From Myxococcales bacterium (lineage in GTDB: Bacteria; Myxococcota_A; Polyangia; Polyangiales; GCA-016699535): a stretch of DNA of 64,000 bases. Below are positions 45,526 through 56,001 of the stretch, in pieces. The stretch is from assembly GCA_020633325.1 (NCBI GenBank), contig JACKDX010000002.1:270901-334900 (forward strand), written 5' to 3'. A program made the position numbers and the translations under genes. The notes below the pieces were generated by a model that worked only from the letters and a program-made list of their open reading frames with translations, searched no databases and was not told the DNA's origin. Numbering within the stretch: the first letter of the stretch is position 1; each line of letters opens with the position of its first letter.

Positions 45526-46719
45526 GTGGAACATAAGAAAATTGTGGTCGCATACAGCGGTGGCCTGGATACATCCATCATCCTGACCTGGCTCAAGGAA
45601 AACTATAACGTGGAGGTGATCGCATATTGTGCCGAGGTGGGTCAGAGCGAGGACCTCGAGAGCGTTCACGAAAAGGCTCTGGCGACTGGCGCGAGCCAGT
45701 GCGTGATTCGAGACCTTAGAGACGAGTTTGTCAGAGATTACTGTTTCCCGATGTTGCGAGCGAATGCTGTATACGAAGGAGAGTATCTATTAGGGACATC
45801 CATTGCGCGCCCCGTCATCGCCAAGGCGCAAGTCGAGATTGCGCACGAGGTGGGAGCAACAGCCATCGCTCACGGAGCAACAGGCAAAGGAAACGATCAA
45901 GTGCGGTTCGAGCTGTCCGCCTTGAGTATCGACCCCAATATCCGCATAATCGCGCCCTGGCGAGAGTGGGAGCTGCGATCGCGAACCGATTGTATTAACT
46001 ACGCGAAAGCGCACGGCATCCCCATCCCCGTCACACCAAAGAAGCCATATTCGACGGACCGAAATTTATTTCATGTCAGTTATGAAGGCGGCGTACTCGA
46101 GGATCCATGGCAGGAACCTGATCCAGACATGTTTTGTTGGACCACCGATCCGCACAAAGCGCCCGAAGAGGCCGAAGAACTTGTGATTGGGTATGAATGT
46201 GGAAACCCGGTCTCAGTTCAGGGTAAAGCGCTGGGGCCTCGGGAGCTGCTAGAGACGCTGAATGCACGCGGGGCGGTGCACGGAATTGGCCGCACTGACA
46301 TCGTTGAAAGCCGTTTTGTCGGCATGAAGTCTCGCGGCGTTTATGAAACGCCTGGCGGAACAATTTTGCACAAGGCGCATCGCGCTCTGGAATCCATTAC
46401 GATGGATCGCGAAGTAATGCGCCTGCGCGATCAGCTGGTGCCGGAGTATGCGGCAATGGTTTATCGCGGATTTTGGTTTTCTCCAGAGCGGGAGGTGCTT
46501 CAGACTCTCATGGATGCCGCACAGAAGGACGTGACTGGTGAGGTGCGTCTGCGACTGTATAAAGGCGGCATGCAAGTACTGGGGCGCCGCGCACCTCGTT
46601 CTTTTTACAATCCAGAATATGCCACATTTGAGGCGGACGATGTGTACGACCAACGAGATGCGACTGGCTTTATTCGCCTTAATGCTTTGCGCTTGCGTTT
46701 GCGTGCGCTTCAGCGTTAG
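45526..46719 (+). CDS. argG: Argininosuccinate synthase
   Basis: 397 aa. ATP-PPase motif [21 protein letters not shown], and a typical type-I ArgG C-terminus. Confidence 0.95.
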   Translation: MEHKKIVVAYSGGLDTSIILTWLKENYNVEVIAYCAEVGQSEDLESVHEKALATGASQCVIRDLRDEFVRDYCFPMLRANAVYEGEYLLGTSIARPVIAKAQVEIAHEVGATAIAHGATGKGNDQVRFELSALSIDPNIRIIAPWREWELRSRTDCINYAKAHGIPIPVTPKKPYSTDRNLFHVSYEGGVLEDPWQEPDPDMFCWTTDPHKAPEEAEELVIGYECGNPVSVQGKALGPRELLETLNARGAVHGIGRTDIVESRFVGMKSRGVYETPGGTILHKAHRALESITMDREVMRLRDQLVPEYAAMVYRGFWFSPEREVLQTLMDAAQKDVTGEVRLRLYKGGMQVLGRRAPRSFYNPEYATFEADDVYDQRDATGFIRLNALRLRLRALQR

Positions 46720-46790
46720 TTTGCAAACTATCACATTTGGCGCTAAAATAACGGCCCTCCGCGCAAGAGCTACGAAGGATCGATAACGGA

Positions 46791-48071
46791 TTGGAAGGTC
46801 CAACTACACACATCATCGTACTTGTCTTCGCGTTTATGGCCGCTTCAGGATTTGCGGTGCTCAACAACGCTTTGGCAAGTCTTGGAGAAGGCCGCCTCAA
46901 GGCCTTTCTGGATGATACCATTTTAAAGAAAAGCGCAGCACGTCTGCTTCGCGACCGTTCTGCCATTCATCTTCGATTGGTGGTGGGGCGGGTGCTTTCG
47001 CTGGGGACTGCTGCCATCATGCTTGTTATGTTGCTTGGCCGTGTGTTGCCATTTTCTCTTGCATGGTTAGTGGCGACTTTGGGATTGGCGGTGATTGACG
47101 GCTCATGCAATGCATTGTTGTCGCGGATATTGCGCTCGCATGCGCGTGCCCGCGTGGTGGAGATTTTTCGCTGGTTTCGGCCTCTCGAATGGTGCCTGGC
47201 TATCGTGGCTGCGCCAGCACTTCTGATCAAGCAGGCTGTCGAACGGCTTACGCCGAATGAAGCGTTTGAGACAACAGATAGCGTGACGGAATTTGACGTA
47301 GAACGTATGATCAACCGCGGTGAGCAAAGCGGGACGCTCTCAGAGCTCCATGCCCAAATGCTGCGAAGCATACTTGAGTTTCAAGATACCGTCACACGGG
47401 AAGTCATGATTCCCCGCACGCACGTGGTGGCTCTTGAAATGCATATGCCGGTGCAGGCCGCCCTAGGTATCGTCGTCGATAAAGGGCACAGCCGGTATCC
47501 CGTGTTTCGTGATAGCGTGGATCACATAGAGGGACTACTGTACGCGAAGGACCTGTTTAGACTTTTTAACGACGGAGTCTCTCCTGCAACGGATATCGCA
47601 CAGCTCGTCCGGCGTCCCGCATATTTTGTGCCGGAGAGCAAAAAAGTAAGTTCGCTGCTCCGGGAAATGCAGGTGCGCAGATTTCATATGGCGGTAGTAA
47701 TCGACGAATTTGGTGGTACTGCGGGCATCGTTACGTTGGAGGATATCATCGAAGAAATTGTGGGCGAGATTCGCGATGAGCACGACAAGGAAGACCCGCC
47801 TGTCAGACAGCTTCGTCCCGGCGTTTATACGGCCAAAGCCTCCGTTTCCATTTATGATCTCGAGGACATTCTAGAGATGGAGATTCCAAAATCTAACGGC
47901 GATTACGACTCCTTAGGCGGCATGATCACCGAGCTAACAGGACGGGTGCCTGAGGTGGGGGAATCAGTGGAAATTGGCGGTCTGGTGCTGACGATTCGCG
48001 ATGCGGACAAGAAGCACGTTGTCCGCGTGGAGATTCGTAAGTCGTTGCCGTCAAAAGTCATCGCGGGCTAA
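46791..48071 (+). CDS. DUF21-CBS-CorC/HlyC family membrane protein (putative Mg2+/Co2+ efflux, TlyC-like)
   Basis: 426 aa. N-terminal 4-TM DUF21 domain, a CBS pair, and C-terminal CorC_HlyC (VVIDEFGGTAGIVTLEDIIEEIVGEIRDE). Non-ATG start; the exact start is uncertain. Confidence 0.8.
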   Translation: MEGPTTHIIVLVFAFMAASGFAVLNNALASLGEGRLKAFLDDTILKKSAARLLRDRSAIHLRLVVGRVLSLGTAAIMLVMLLGRVLPFSLAWLVATLGLAVIDGSCNALLSRILRSHARARVVEIFRWFRPLEWCLAIVAAPALLIKQAVERLTPNEAFETTDSVTEFDVERMINRGEQSGTLSELHAQMLRSILEFQDTVTREVMIPRTHVVALEMHMPVQAALGIVVDKGHSRYPVFRDSVDHIEGLLYAKDLFRLFNDGVSPATDIAQLVRRPAYFVPESKKVSSLLREMQVRRFHMAVVIDEFGGTAGIVTLEDIIEEIVGEIRDEHDKEDPPVRQLRPGVYTAKASVSIYDLEDILEMEIPKSNGDYDSLGGMITELTGRVPEVGESVEIGGLVLTIRDADKKHVVRVEIRKSLPSKVIAG

Positions 48072-48099
48072 GAGACCATCGCGGCTGGGCCAATGCCAG

Positions 48100-48744
48100 T
48101 CAATCATAGGGGAGCCAGAGTTGCTCGACATCGATACCCGCAGATTTGGGGGTGATCAGTGTAAGATGCGCGATCTGGCCCTCTGGCGCTTCGCCAACCG
48201 AACCGACATTGATGATGTGAGCGCCTCCAATTTGACGTTGGAACGGCACGTGAGAAGAGCCGCAGACTATGATGTCGGCAGGATCATCGTTGACCAAGGT
48301 AGCGATTTCCTCATCGCTCATATCGATAGAAATTTCTAAAAATGGGTCGAGCGGTGATCCATGCACCAAAAGCAGCTCCGTGCCATCAAGCAGAGGGAAT
48401 CGGCGCGTCAAAGGAAGCCTCTTGAGCCGCATGATTCCTAAATCGCCGAGTGCCTCCCTGACTTCGTAAAAACGTTCAATGGCCCGCTGGTCCTGGTCCT
48501 GGCGTGAGACAAACGCCGAGCTTGTGAGTGTATAGAGTGCCTTATCGCTCGGGCCCTGCACGCACTGCGCTCGGGCCTTTTCAAGCAGTTGCCATAGTTC
48601 ACGGGGATGGTCTCCACCAAACACGAGATCGCCGGCTACGAGTAAATCCGTGATGGCCCGTTGCGAGAGCTCATCGAGCACCACGCGGAAAGCCGAAAGA
48701 TTCCCGTGAATATCTGAAATACACGCAAAGGGGCGGTTGAGCAT
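48100..48744 (-). CDS. Calcineurin-like metallophosphoesterase (YfcE/MJ0936-like)
   Basis: 214 aa. Motifs ISDIHGN, AGDLVFGG, LVHGS and CGSSHVP. Confidence 0.75.
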   Translation of the reverse strand: MLNRPFACISDIHGNLSAFRVVLDELSQRAITDLLVAGDLVFGGDHPRELWQLLEKARAQCVQGPSDKALYTLTSSAFVSRQDQDQRAIERFYEVREALGDLGIMRLKRLPLTRRFPLLDGTELLLVHGSPLDPFLEISIDMSDEEIATLVNDDPADIIVCGSSHVPFQRQIGGAHIINVGSVGEAPEGQIAHLTLITPKSAGIDVEQLWLPYD

Positions 48745-48765
48745 CAGAAGGAATGGGTAGACCGT

Positions 48766-49101
48766 TTGGCGGATTTAGTCCATTGTCCTAAGATGCGCGT
48801 CAGAGATCGCCTCACAAGGCAAGCGCCTGGTCAACTAGGACTTGCATTTGGTATCGAGCCTCGATTGGGCACCAAGCGCATAGAGTCATCAGAAGCACAG
48901 GTGGAGCTCGCGTACGATGCGGTTAATCGGGGAGATATCGATTTAGCGCACCGCTATATCGCCCGAGCGGTACACGACGCGCCACGCGACCCCCATGCAC
49001 AATTGATGGCAGGCATTGTAGCGGACTTGCGCGGCGACAAAGAGGAATCGCGGAGACGTTGGTCCCTATATCTCGGTCTGATGCCAGATGGCATTCTTTG
49101 A
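48766..49101 (+). CDS. Small hypothetical protein, single TPR-like helix pair
   Basis: 111-aa ORF filling the gap between divergent and convergent neighbours. AYDAVNRGDIDLAHRYIARAV...AQLMAGIVADLRGD resembles one TPR unit. No other support. Confidence 0.35.
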   Translation: MADLVHCPKMRVRDRLTRQAPGQLGLAFGIEPRLGTKRIESSEAQVELAYDAVNRGDIDLAHRYIARAVHDAPRDPHAQLMAGIVADLRGDKEESRRRWSLYLGLMPDGIL

Positions 49102-49103
49102 AG

Positions 49104-52100
49104 TTAAGGATCAGGGGTGGAGTCATCTGACTCCTCGATTTCTTCAACGGGGTCTGCATCAGCGGTCTGTTTATCCTCCGGGGGAAGTGGCGGCGGAATG
49201 CTGGTTACAGGTGCTCTAAGGTCGGCTTCCCCCTCGAACGCCGCAACCAGAGGCTCTTCTTCGATAATCTCGTTCTGCTCGTCCACGTCTTGCCACATCT
49301 CATCGTCGGGGGGCTTCTGAGCAGTGGTCAATCGCTCGATGTGCTCAAGGGTGTCACGATCGTCGGGCCGTATTTGCAGGGCCTTCTGGAGTGCTTCAAC
49401 GGCTTCATAGCGATTATTGAGCTCGTCTTCCCACACCCGCGCAATATCCCTGTACAGGACAAACCGCTCGTCGGGCACCTCTGTTCGGTCGAGCGCTCTA
49501 CTGAGAGCCACCAAGAGATCATTAAATTTTGCGGTTTTACGTAGGCACCGGTGAAGACGATCCGCAATGTCCTTGTCGTGTCGAAGCAATAGCAACTGCT
49601 GATAGCTACGAGCAGCCTCCTCGGGGCGCTCAAGCCGCTCTTCTAACAGCTTTCCTCTGCGCTCAAGCAACACTGCTGCCGTTGGTGCATCCATTGCGTC
49701 ATCGGCGAGCCCGCCGAGCAGAGCTGAGAGTTCGGGTAACATATCCTGTTCGGTGCAAAGCTTTAGAAGAGAGTCAAGGACCGCCTCGTTGCCCGGCGCG
49801 GCATTGGCTGCGGCCTTGAGCGCTTCGAGGGCCTGCGCCTTTTTTCCCAAAGTCTGCGAAAGATAATGAGCCATATGGACAAATGCGTCGGTCGGCATGT
49901 CGGCACGCCCTTGGCTATAGAGTTCCGTATAGGTCTCAAGCATGGTCTCTTGCGCAGCCGGTGTCTTCTGTGTCTGCTCCTCCGCCTCCGCGGCTGAGAG
50001 GTAGGCATCCATTTCCTGCGCGAGGTCTTCAACCTGCGAAGCGAGCGTATCATCGACAATAGCGATGCGGGCGGCTTGGCTGAGGTACTGAAGGGCGCGT
50101 TTCATATTTCCCAAATCAAACAGACATGTTCGCACGGAACGAAGCAGCGCATCCGTGATCACATGCGGAGCGTCGGCACGGGACCGCAGCCGGTCGTAAA
50201 CGACCAGTAGTTCTTCCGCCCGATCATTGGCGCGCGCGAGAGTCTCAACGCGTTTGATGAGCTCCGCGTCGTCTGGGTCTAATGCGATCGCGCGGAGCAA
50301 GCGGTCTAAGGCTGCTGAGGCATCCTGTGCCTTCGTTTCCAGAATGTCGGCGTGGCGAAATAAGAGTCGACACTTTTTATGAACGTCATCCGTGCTGCGA
50401 AGAAGAGTGTCGTAAACTTGCTCCAAGCGCGGCCAGTCCTCAATCTCAATTGCGAGTCTATCGACCTCATCCAACAATGCCTCATCGGCCAAATCGACGG
50501 CCAATGCTCGCAGCATGGATTCGAGAGCCTCGGATTTTTCTGGGGTAAAATGCTCATACACCTCCGCTGCTGTCCGCCAATATTCAACCTGTCTGCGGGG
50601 CTCTTCCACCTGTTGAGCCAGGTCCACGTATAGCGCCGCCAGCTCTAGACCCCGGTCAGTCGCCTTAGCCAATGCCCGCAGCGCACCGACGGCGTCGGGA
50701 TTGTCACGCTGCACCGCGGGAACGAGCCGTTGCCATGCGCCGTCCACGTCATTCAGTTGCTCCTGGCTGATGTGCGCGCCTTCGAGGGCTGCCCGATCAC
50801 GCAGCACGGGTTCAGACTCAAGGCGTGCCAAAGCATCGACAGCAACGAGCAGGTCTTGGGCCCGGTCAGTACCGCGCAGCATCACTGCAATGCGCCGCTG
50901 AGGCTCGGGATCATCTGCGTCCAGCTCGCACCAGCGTCGAAGTGCACGTTCAGCATCGTGGGGCTGGTCGAGTAACCCATAAAGATCAGCCAGCCGTTGG
51001 ATGATAGCAAGTCTCGGTTCGAGATCTTTAGTGAGGCCCAGCTGGATTTCCAAAGTGTGTGCTAAGATGTCATGGGATTCCGTTTGTTCGCTAAGCGTGA
51101 CCAAAAGAGCAAGTGCGGGCGTGAAACCGGGGTCCAGATCTGTGACGAGGGTTTGGAGCGCTTTGATGGCCCCTTGTGGGTCATTGAGACGCTCTGCCAA
51201 GATTTCGGCCTGCGCGTAGAGCAGGTCGCGCTTTTCCTGCGGGTCCTCGATCACTGGAATCAGTTGCGCAAGGGTGTCACTAAGCGTGTCGTACTCTTCG
51301 CGTTGCCCGTAATAGGACGCCAGGGCTTTAAGAGCCTCGGCATCGGGTTTAATTTCAACAAGCCGCTTCCAAACCTGAGCGGCATTGTCGTTGTCGTTTA
51401 AGCTATCCGTTAGGATACGCCCGACCCGCCTCAACAGTTCGCTTTTAGACTCGGCCTCTTCTTCAAGATCGGCGCGCTTTTGAAGGTAGACTACCAAATC
51501 TTCATGACGCGATGTTCGTTCGAACAAGTCACAAAGGGCATCAAGAGCAGCCGTATCGGTTGGGTTCAACTCGACGGCCTGCTGAAAATAGCCCGCGGCT
51601 CTTTCCAAATCATTAAGTTCGCCGCTGGCGACATGCCCCATTCGCACCAAGAGGCCGCTCCGGGCCGGGGCTTCGACAACCTTCGCATGCTTCTCTAGGA
51701 TTTCGAGCAACTTGTCCTGCCGGCCTTGGCGGCTTTCAATGCGTTCGATGCCCTCGAATGCCTTGATATCGTTGGAAGATTCTTCGAGGAGTGTCTGATA
51801 GACTTTGAGTGCGGATTCGTCATCGTGCAGTTGCTCCTCCAACACCAACCCAAGTGTAAGAAGTATTGGAATGCGAGCTTTTGTATCCTTAACGATGCCC
51901 AAGCGTTCGCGGAGCAATGGCACCGCATCATGATAGCGGCCCTCTTGAAGAAAGAGGTCGGACAACTCCGAAGCCGACTCGAGGTCATCGGGCAAAAGGT
52001 CCCGGACTTTAAGCAGATACTCGATGGCGTTCGTGGCGTCATGCCGGGCATCCCGATGAATCCGCGCGATAGAGTGGTACGCTTTGGCCTGAGCGTGTGG

Positions 52101-53801
52101 ATCTGCGTAAGCCAGTGCCGCACGGTCGAGCACCTGAATTAGGTCATCCCATCGGCCGGCGTGAAAAAGTAAGCGTTCGAGCGCGTCTGTTGCCTCGCGA
52201 TTGGCGGGGTCAAGGCTGGCCACCGCACGCCACGATCCTATCGCACCATCTGCATCTGAGAGGTGCTCCTCGCTGATTCGGGCCGCAAGCCTCAAGCGGT
52301 ACAACTTAGCGTCAACCGACAAGCCCGGCACGCGCGCGGCGGTGAGGGACAAATCACGCAGCTCGTCCCACCGCTTCATGCCTTGCAGTGCATCCTCTAA
52401 GAAACCCAGCGTCTCTGCATCGGCAGGTGAGAGGTCCAAAGCTTGCCTTGCATAGGCGACGGCCTCAGATTGTCGATTCAGGCTCGCCAGAAGCTGCACC
52501 ATTTCGCGCAAACGACTCACCCGCTGCTCTGGTGGCAACGCCGCGATCAACACCGCTAAAGCGCGCTCGGCGCCGGCGGCCTGCTCAGAGCTCTGGTAAA
52601 GTCCTAGCAGCACCTCCGCGGCCCACACATCGGAGCCATCCAACAAGGGTTCTAGACAGGAAATCGCATCGTGTAACTGACCAGCTTTCGCATATGCATG
52701 CCCCAGGCGCTGCCGTACCGTAACCGCCAGCGGATCGTCGGGAGCGTATTCCAAAAACGCGACCCAGCGCTCCGGCATCAGTTGTTCGTATACGTTCGAC
52801 TCGGTGGCAAGTGTTTCAAGCAGTTCCAAGGCTCGCGAATGTCCCGGGTTTGCATCGAGCGCCGCTTGCACATAGGCCAACGCATGTTGGGCGAAGTTAC
52901 GCTGAAATAGCTCGGCATCGGGACCGGGCCCTTGTTGTTCGCTCAGTGCGTGTAACTCGCTCAACGTGAGCTCCGCAACGCGAAAGAGCATCTCGGAAGC
53001 CTGCTGTTTGCGGCTTTCTGATACTTGTGGGTTCTTGCTGTGGGCTGCATCTTGCAGCAACAGGCCCGCAAGTTCGTAGAGAATGTTAACGTCATTGCCC
53101 GCGAACTCACTCGCCTGAGTTAGGGCGTTGATCGCGCCTTTCATGTCGTTTAGATGCATGTGGCGAATTCCGGCAAGCTCTCTTAGTAAGGCTGCCTTAC
53201 GGGCGGGTTCCCGCTCGGCTGAAACTTCTTGTTCGCACAATCCCGAGGCCATTCGCCAGTTGCCCTCATTGCGATAGAGTTCTCGTGCCGCATAGATGGC
53301 CGATACCAGTGTAGGATCGATTTCAAATGCCTTGCGATAGTGGTAAATAGCGCGATCGGGCCTCGAAAAGCGATGCCGCCATAGCTCTCCTAAACGAAAG
53401 TGAAGCAGGGCTGCTTGCGGGTCGCTCTCATTTTTTTTTGAGAGAACCTGGATCCGTTGTTGAATTAAACGTACGAGCCGCTCGTAGTCCCCTGAGTGCT
53501 CGATTAGCGCTTCGATTTGGTCTGACGCCCGGGAATGTCCGGGGCTTCGTGAAAGAGCGCGCTCGAGCAGCGAGAACCCCCTACGCGAATCGCCTAAGTT
53601 TTGCGCAAACTGCGCTGCCTCGACAAACGCATCTGCGGCGGTCTCGCTGTCGGTTTGCTGGCTTGCCCAGCCCTCCAGCAGATTGACCAACGAAGCATAA
53701 TCGGCCATCCGATGGTAATGCTTCCGCAATGTCGAGAAGGCCTCCCGATCATTAGGGTCGCGCCGAAGTCGTGCAATAAGCTCCTCAACTGTAGCTGGCA
53801 T
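49104..53801 (-). CDS. Giant TPR-repeat protein with acidic Pro-rich C-terminal tail
   Basis: 1565 aa, almost entirely TPR-like helical repeats (recurrent A..Y...L...P.....AL..L pattern). The last ~80 aa are acidic/Pro-rich (PPLPPEDKQTADADPVEEIEESDD). No enzymatic motif seen. Confidence 0.7.
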   Translation of the reverse strand: MPATVEELIARLRRDPNDREAFSTLRKHYHRMADYASLVNLLEGWASQQTDSETAADAFVEAAQFAQNLGDSRRGFSLLERALSRSPGHSRASDQIEALIEHSGDYERLVRLIQQRIQVLSKKNESDPQAALLHFRLGELWRHRFSRPDRAIYHYRKAFEIDPTLVSAIYAARELYRNEGNWRMASGLCEQEVSAEREPARKAALLRELAGIRHMHLNDMKGAINALTQASEFAGNDVNILYELAGLLLQDAAHSKNPQVSESRKQQASEMLFRVAELTLSELHALSEQQGPGPDAELFQRNFAQHALAYVQAALDANPGHSRALELLETLATESNVYEQLMPERWVAFLEYAPDDPLAVTVRQRLGHAYAKAGQLHDAISCLEPLLDGSDVWAAEVLLGLYQSSEQAAGAERALAVLIAALPPEQRVSRLREMVQLLASLNRQSEAVAYARQALDLSPADAETLGFLEDALQGMKRWDELRDLSLTAARVPGLSVDAKLYRLRLAARISEEHLSDADGAIGSWRAVASLDPANREATDALERLLFHAGRWDDLIQVLDRAALAYADPHAQAKAYHSIARIHRDARHDATNAIEYLLKVRDLLPDDLESASELSDLFLQEGRYHDAVPLLRERLGIVKDTKARIPILLTLGLVLEEQLHDDESALKVYQTLLEESSNDIKAFEGIERIESRQGRQDKLLEILEKHAKVVEAPARSGLLVRMGHVASGELNDLERAAGYFQQAVELNPTDTAALDALCDLFERTSRHEDLVVYLQKRADLEEEAESKSELLRRVGRILTDSLNDNDNAAQVWKRLVEIKPDAEALKALASYYGQREEYDTLSDTLAQLIPVIEDPQEKRDLLYAQAEILAERLNDPQGAIKALQTLVTDLDPGFTPALALLVTLSEQTESHDILAHTLEIQLGLTKDLEPRLAIIQRLADLYGLLDQPHDAERALRRWCELDADDPEPQRRIAVMLRGTDRAQDLLVAVDALARLESEPVLRDRAALEGAHISQEQLNDVDGAWQRLVPAVQRDNPDAVGALRALAKATDRGLELAALYVDLAQQVEEPRRQVEYWRTAAEVYEHFTPEKSEALESMLRALAVDLADEALLDEVDRLAIEIEDWPRLEQVYDTLLRSTDDVHKKCRLLFRHADILETKAQDASAALDRLLRAIALDPDDAELIKRVETLARANDRAEELLVVYDRLRSRADAPHVITDALLRSVRTCLFDLGNMKRALQYLSQAARIAIVDDTLASQVEDLAQEMDAYLSAAEAEEQTQKTPAAQETMLETYTELYSQGRADMPTDAFVHMAHYLSQTLGKKAQALEALKAAANAAPGNEAVLDSLLKLCTEQDMLPELSALLGGLADDAMDAPTAAVLLERRGKLLEERLERPEEAARSYQQLLLLRHDKDIADRLHRCLRKTAKFNDLLVALSRALDRTEVPDERFVLYRDIARVWEDELNNRYEAVEALQKALQIRPDDRDTLEHIERLTTAQKPPDDEMWQDVDEQNEIIEEEPLVAAFEGEADLRAPVTSIPPPLPPEDKQTADADPVEEIEESDDSTPDP

Positions 53802-53912
53802 ACCCGGTGGCTGAGCCTAGCATGCCGAATGCACTTCCGGAGGATTTTAAGCGTGAGAATTGACCCCTGGAGCCGAAATTAACCAGTCGCTGCCAGCGCC
53901 AGAACGAAGGGA

Positions 53913-54422
53913 CTACACGCGCTGGACATTGAGCGGCTCACTCAGAAACACATGAGCGCCCAGCGGCTTGCGCGCTTGAAATCCCTTATCGGGCTCGTGG
54001 TAATGCGCAATGTCGCGCTCCCCGATATGCCAGCACAATAGGACCACATCCGCACCATCCCGGTACGAGCGGAAATCGACGAGGCCTCGTTCGACGTCTT
54101 TCACCTGCGCTCCGGTACTGTGGATGGCCTCAAGTTCGTCGCGAATACACGCGTACAATGCCCGCGCAGTGGCCAAGGTGGGTATGGCAGACTGAGGCAG
54201 TTCGACCGCGTCATGGGCTGCCAAAAGATCCGGGGTAACCGCAACATGGAGATCCGACAGCTGCTCCGCGGTGGTCCGTAAGAGGCTGTGCAACTGAAAG
54301 ACCCGTCGCATGTGCCCGCGGATTCTCGGCAATGCCGCAGTTGCCTCCTGCAGCGTAAAATATCGTATCTTCGAGGGCACCTGGTTAATTATCCTAGTAA
54401 GTGATGGCATAGTCAAACGCAT
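53913..54422 (-). CDS. DUF2203-family protein
   Basis: 169 aa. C-terminal VKDVERGLVDFRSYRDGADVVLLCWHIGERDIAHYHEPDKGFQARKPL matches my recollection of the DUF2203 consensus. Lies 111 bp upstream of the giant TPR gene on the same strand. Confidence 0.55.
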   Translation of the reverse strand: MRLTMPSLTRIINQVPSKIRYFTLQEATAALPRIRGHMRRVFQLHSLLRTTAEQLSDLHVAVTPDLLAAHDAVELPQSAIPTLATARALYACIRDELEAIHSTGAQVKDVERGLVDFRSYRDGADVVLLCWHIGERDIAHYHEPDKGFQARKPLGAHVFLSEPLNVQRV

Positions 54423-54443
54423 TTCCCATGTCGAGACCTACCT

Positions 54444-55031
54444 ATGCATACCCTTGACCATCCCATCGCCCGATTTGAGCAGCGTTTTGAGGCAGCCCGC
54501 CAGGCAGAGCCTTGTGATGTGACTGCGATGAGCCTCGCAACCTCCGATCCCGACGGGCATCCCTCGGTGCGGGTGGTGCTCCTGAAAAACGTGACACCTC
54601 AAGGCGGTTTTGATTTCTATACCAATTTGCGCAGCCGGAAGTCACAGCAGTTGATGGCCAATCCCCATGCCGCTCTGTGTTTCCTCTGGATGACACTGGG
54701 CGAACAGGTTCGTATTGAAGGCTCAGTAAAGCGCCTTCTATCTGGCGATGAGGACGCCTATTTTGCGACGAGGGACAAAGGAAGCCAACTCGGGGCCTGG
54801 GCCTCTAAGCAAAGTCAGCCGCTGTCTGACCGTGACGAGCTGGAGCAGCGGCTTACGGCAGTGCGCCAACGCTTTTTGGAAGGGCCGGTCCCACGCCCAG
54901 ATTTTTGGGGAGGTTATCGGCTCATGGCGCAACGTATTGAGTTTTGGTCTGCCGGGCAGGACCGTCTTCATCACCGAGAACTGTACGTAAGAGCAGGCCT
55001 CGGCTGGCAGAAGAGTTTGCTTTATCCATGA
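54444..55031 (+). CDS. pdxH: Pyridoxamine 5'-phosphate oxidase
   Basis: 195 aa. FMN-binding core and C-terminal RIEFWSAGQDRLHHR signature. Confidence 0.9.
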   Translation: MHTLDHPIARFEQRFEAARQAEPCDVTAMSLATSDPDGHPSVRVVLLKNVTPQGGFDFYTNLRSRKSQQLMANPHAALCFLWMTLGEQVRIEGSVKRLLSGDEDAYFATRDKGSQLGAWASKQSQPLSDRDELEQRLTAVRQRFLEGPVPRPDFWGGYRLMAQRIEFWSAGQDRLHHRELYVRAGLGWQKSLLYP

Positions 55032-55094
55032 GAGGAACATCCGTTTAGCATTGTGCATGGACAGGAATGTTGGCGCGTGCCTAGCGGAATATTC

Positions 55095-55122
55095 TTGACT
55101 CCCGTAAACGCGTACATATGCT
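55095..55122 (+). promoter_or_regulatory. Candidate sigma70 promoter of the cold-shock gene, followed by a ~110-nt 5' leader
   Basis: TTGACT (55095-55100), 16-nt spacer, TATGCT (55117-55122). The AGGGGG SD lies 8 nt before the csp ATG. Long 5' UTRs are typical of csp genes. Confidence 0.35.
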
Positions 55123-55237
55123 CGCGTGTGTGTGCTCATATCCGAATTTATGGTGGCGAGGCTCTGCGCGAAGCATGCTCGGTTTTATAAGAGCGGTGTG
55201 AGAGAAGCCTTGTAGCCAGGCCATCAGGGGGTTAGCT

Positions 55238-55465
55238 ATGCCAATCGGCAAGGTCAAATGGTTTAACGATGCAAAAGGGTTCGGATTCATCACGCTCGAT
55301 GAAGGCCCTGATGTCTTTGTGCATTATTCACAAATCTCAGGCGATGGTTTTCGCACCCTTGAAGAAGGCGATACCGTCGAGTTTGAAATCAAGGAGGGAC
55401 CAAAAGGGTTGCTAGCAGAACGCGTCACGAAGTCCCAGCCTCCACCGCCGCAAGTTACTTCTTAG
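55238..55465 (+). CDS. csp: Cold-shock protein (CspA family)
   Basis: 75 aa. RNP1 KGFGFI and RNP2 VFVHY motifs. Confidence 0.95.
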   Translation: MPIGKVKWFNDAKGFGFITLDEGPDVFVHYSQISGDGFRTLEEGDTVEFEIKEGPKGLLAERVTKSQPPPPQVTS

Positions 55466-55480
55466 GCCGTTCACGCCCGC

Positions 55481-55912
55481 CTAAGTAGCGATGTATTTTT
55501 CAATCTCGAGGGCCCAGCGCACTTCATCGACCACATTCCCTACGTCCTCGGAGTTTTTCGTATAAGTCACCTCATGCCACGTGTCTAATACTTGAGAGGG
55601 GCTGGTGGGGTTTTTGATTTCCGTTACGCGATGCGATGCTTCAGCATAACCTCTGGCACCAGCGAAGGGACCTACGCGGTTTCGCACCTTCGCAAACAGT
55701 TCTTCAGGGGGAGAGTTGGGGAAGTCCGAGCGTTGGCAGCGGGCGGTGAAACTTACCGAAAGCTTTGTGCCCAATCCAACACGAATGCTTGAGTCCATAA
55801 GATGCACGCGTACGCGCTCCGCGATGTAAATCTCCTCTGGGAATGCGCGATAGACTTCAACGCCCGCCTGGGTCAGCGCAAATTTCAAACGTTCGACATC
55901 AGTTGCTGGCAT
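55481..55912 (-). CDS. Hypothetical protein
   Basis: 143-aa ORF with no competing ORF and good codon texture. No motif recognised. Confidence 0.45.
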   Translation of the reverse strand: MPATDVERLKFALTQAGVEVYRAFPEEIYIAERVRVHLMDSSIRVGLGTKLSVSFTARCQRSDFPNSPPEELFAKVRNRVGPFAGARGYAEASHRVTEIKNPTSPSQVLDTWHEVTYTKNSEDVGNVVDEVRWALEIEKYIAT

Positions 55913-56001
55913 GGGGAGTTGCGTACAAGGTCTCCATTACTCAAACGCGTGAAGATTTTAGCATGACCCAGCCATGCCTGCCAAAGTTCTGCGCGGGAAA
56001 T

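Noticed and set aside
46249-46803. 184-aa ORF on the - strand (and the similar 45193-45669 ORF)
   Set aside because: Both are antisense to argG and the Hsp70 3' end, and neither has a recognisable domain.
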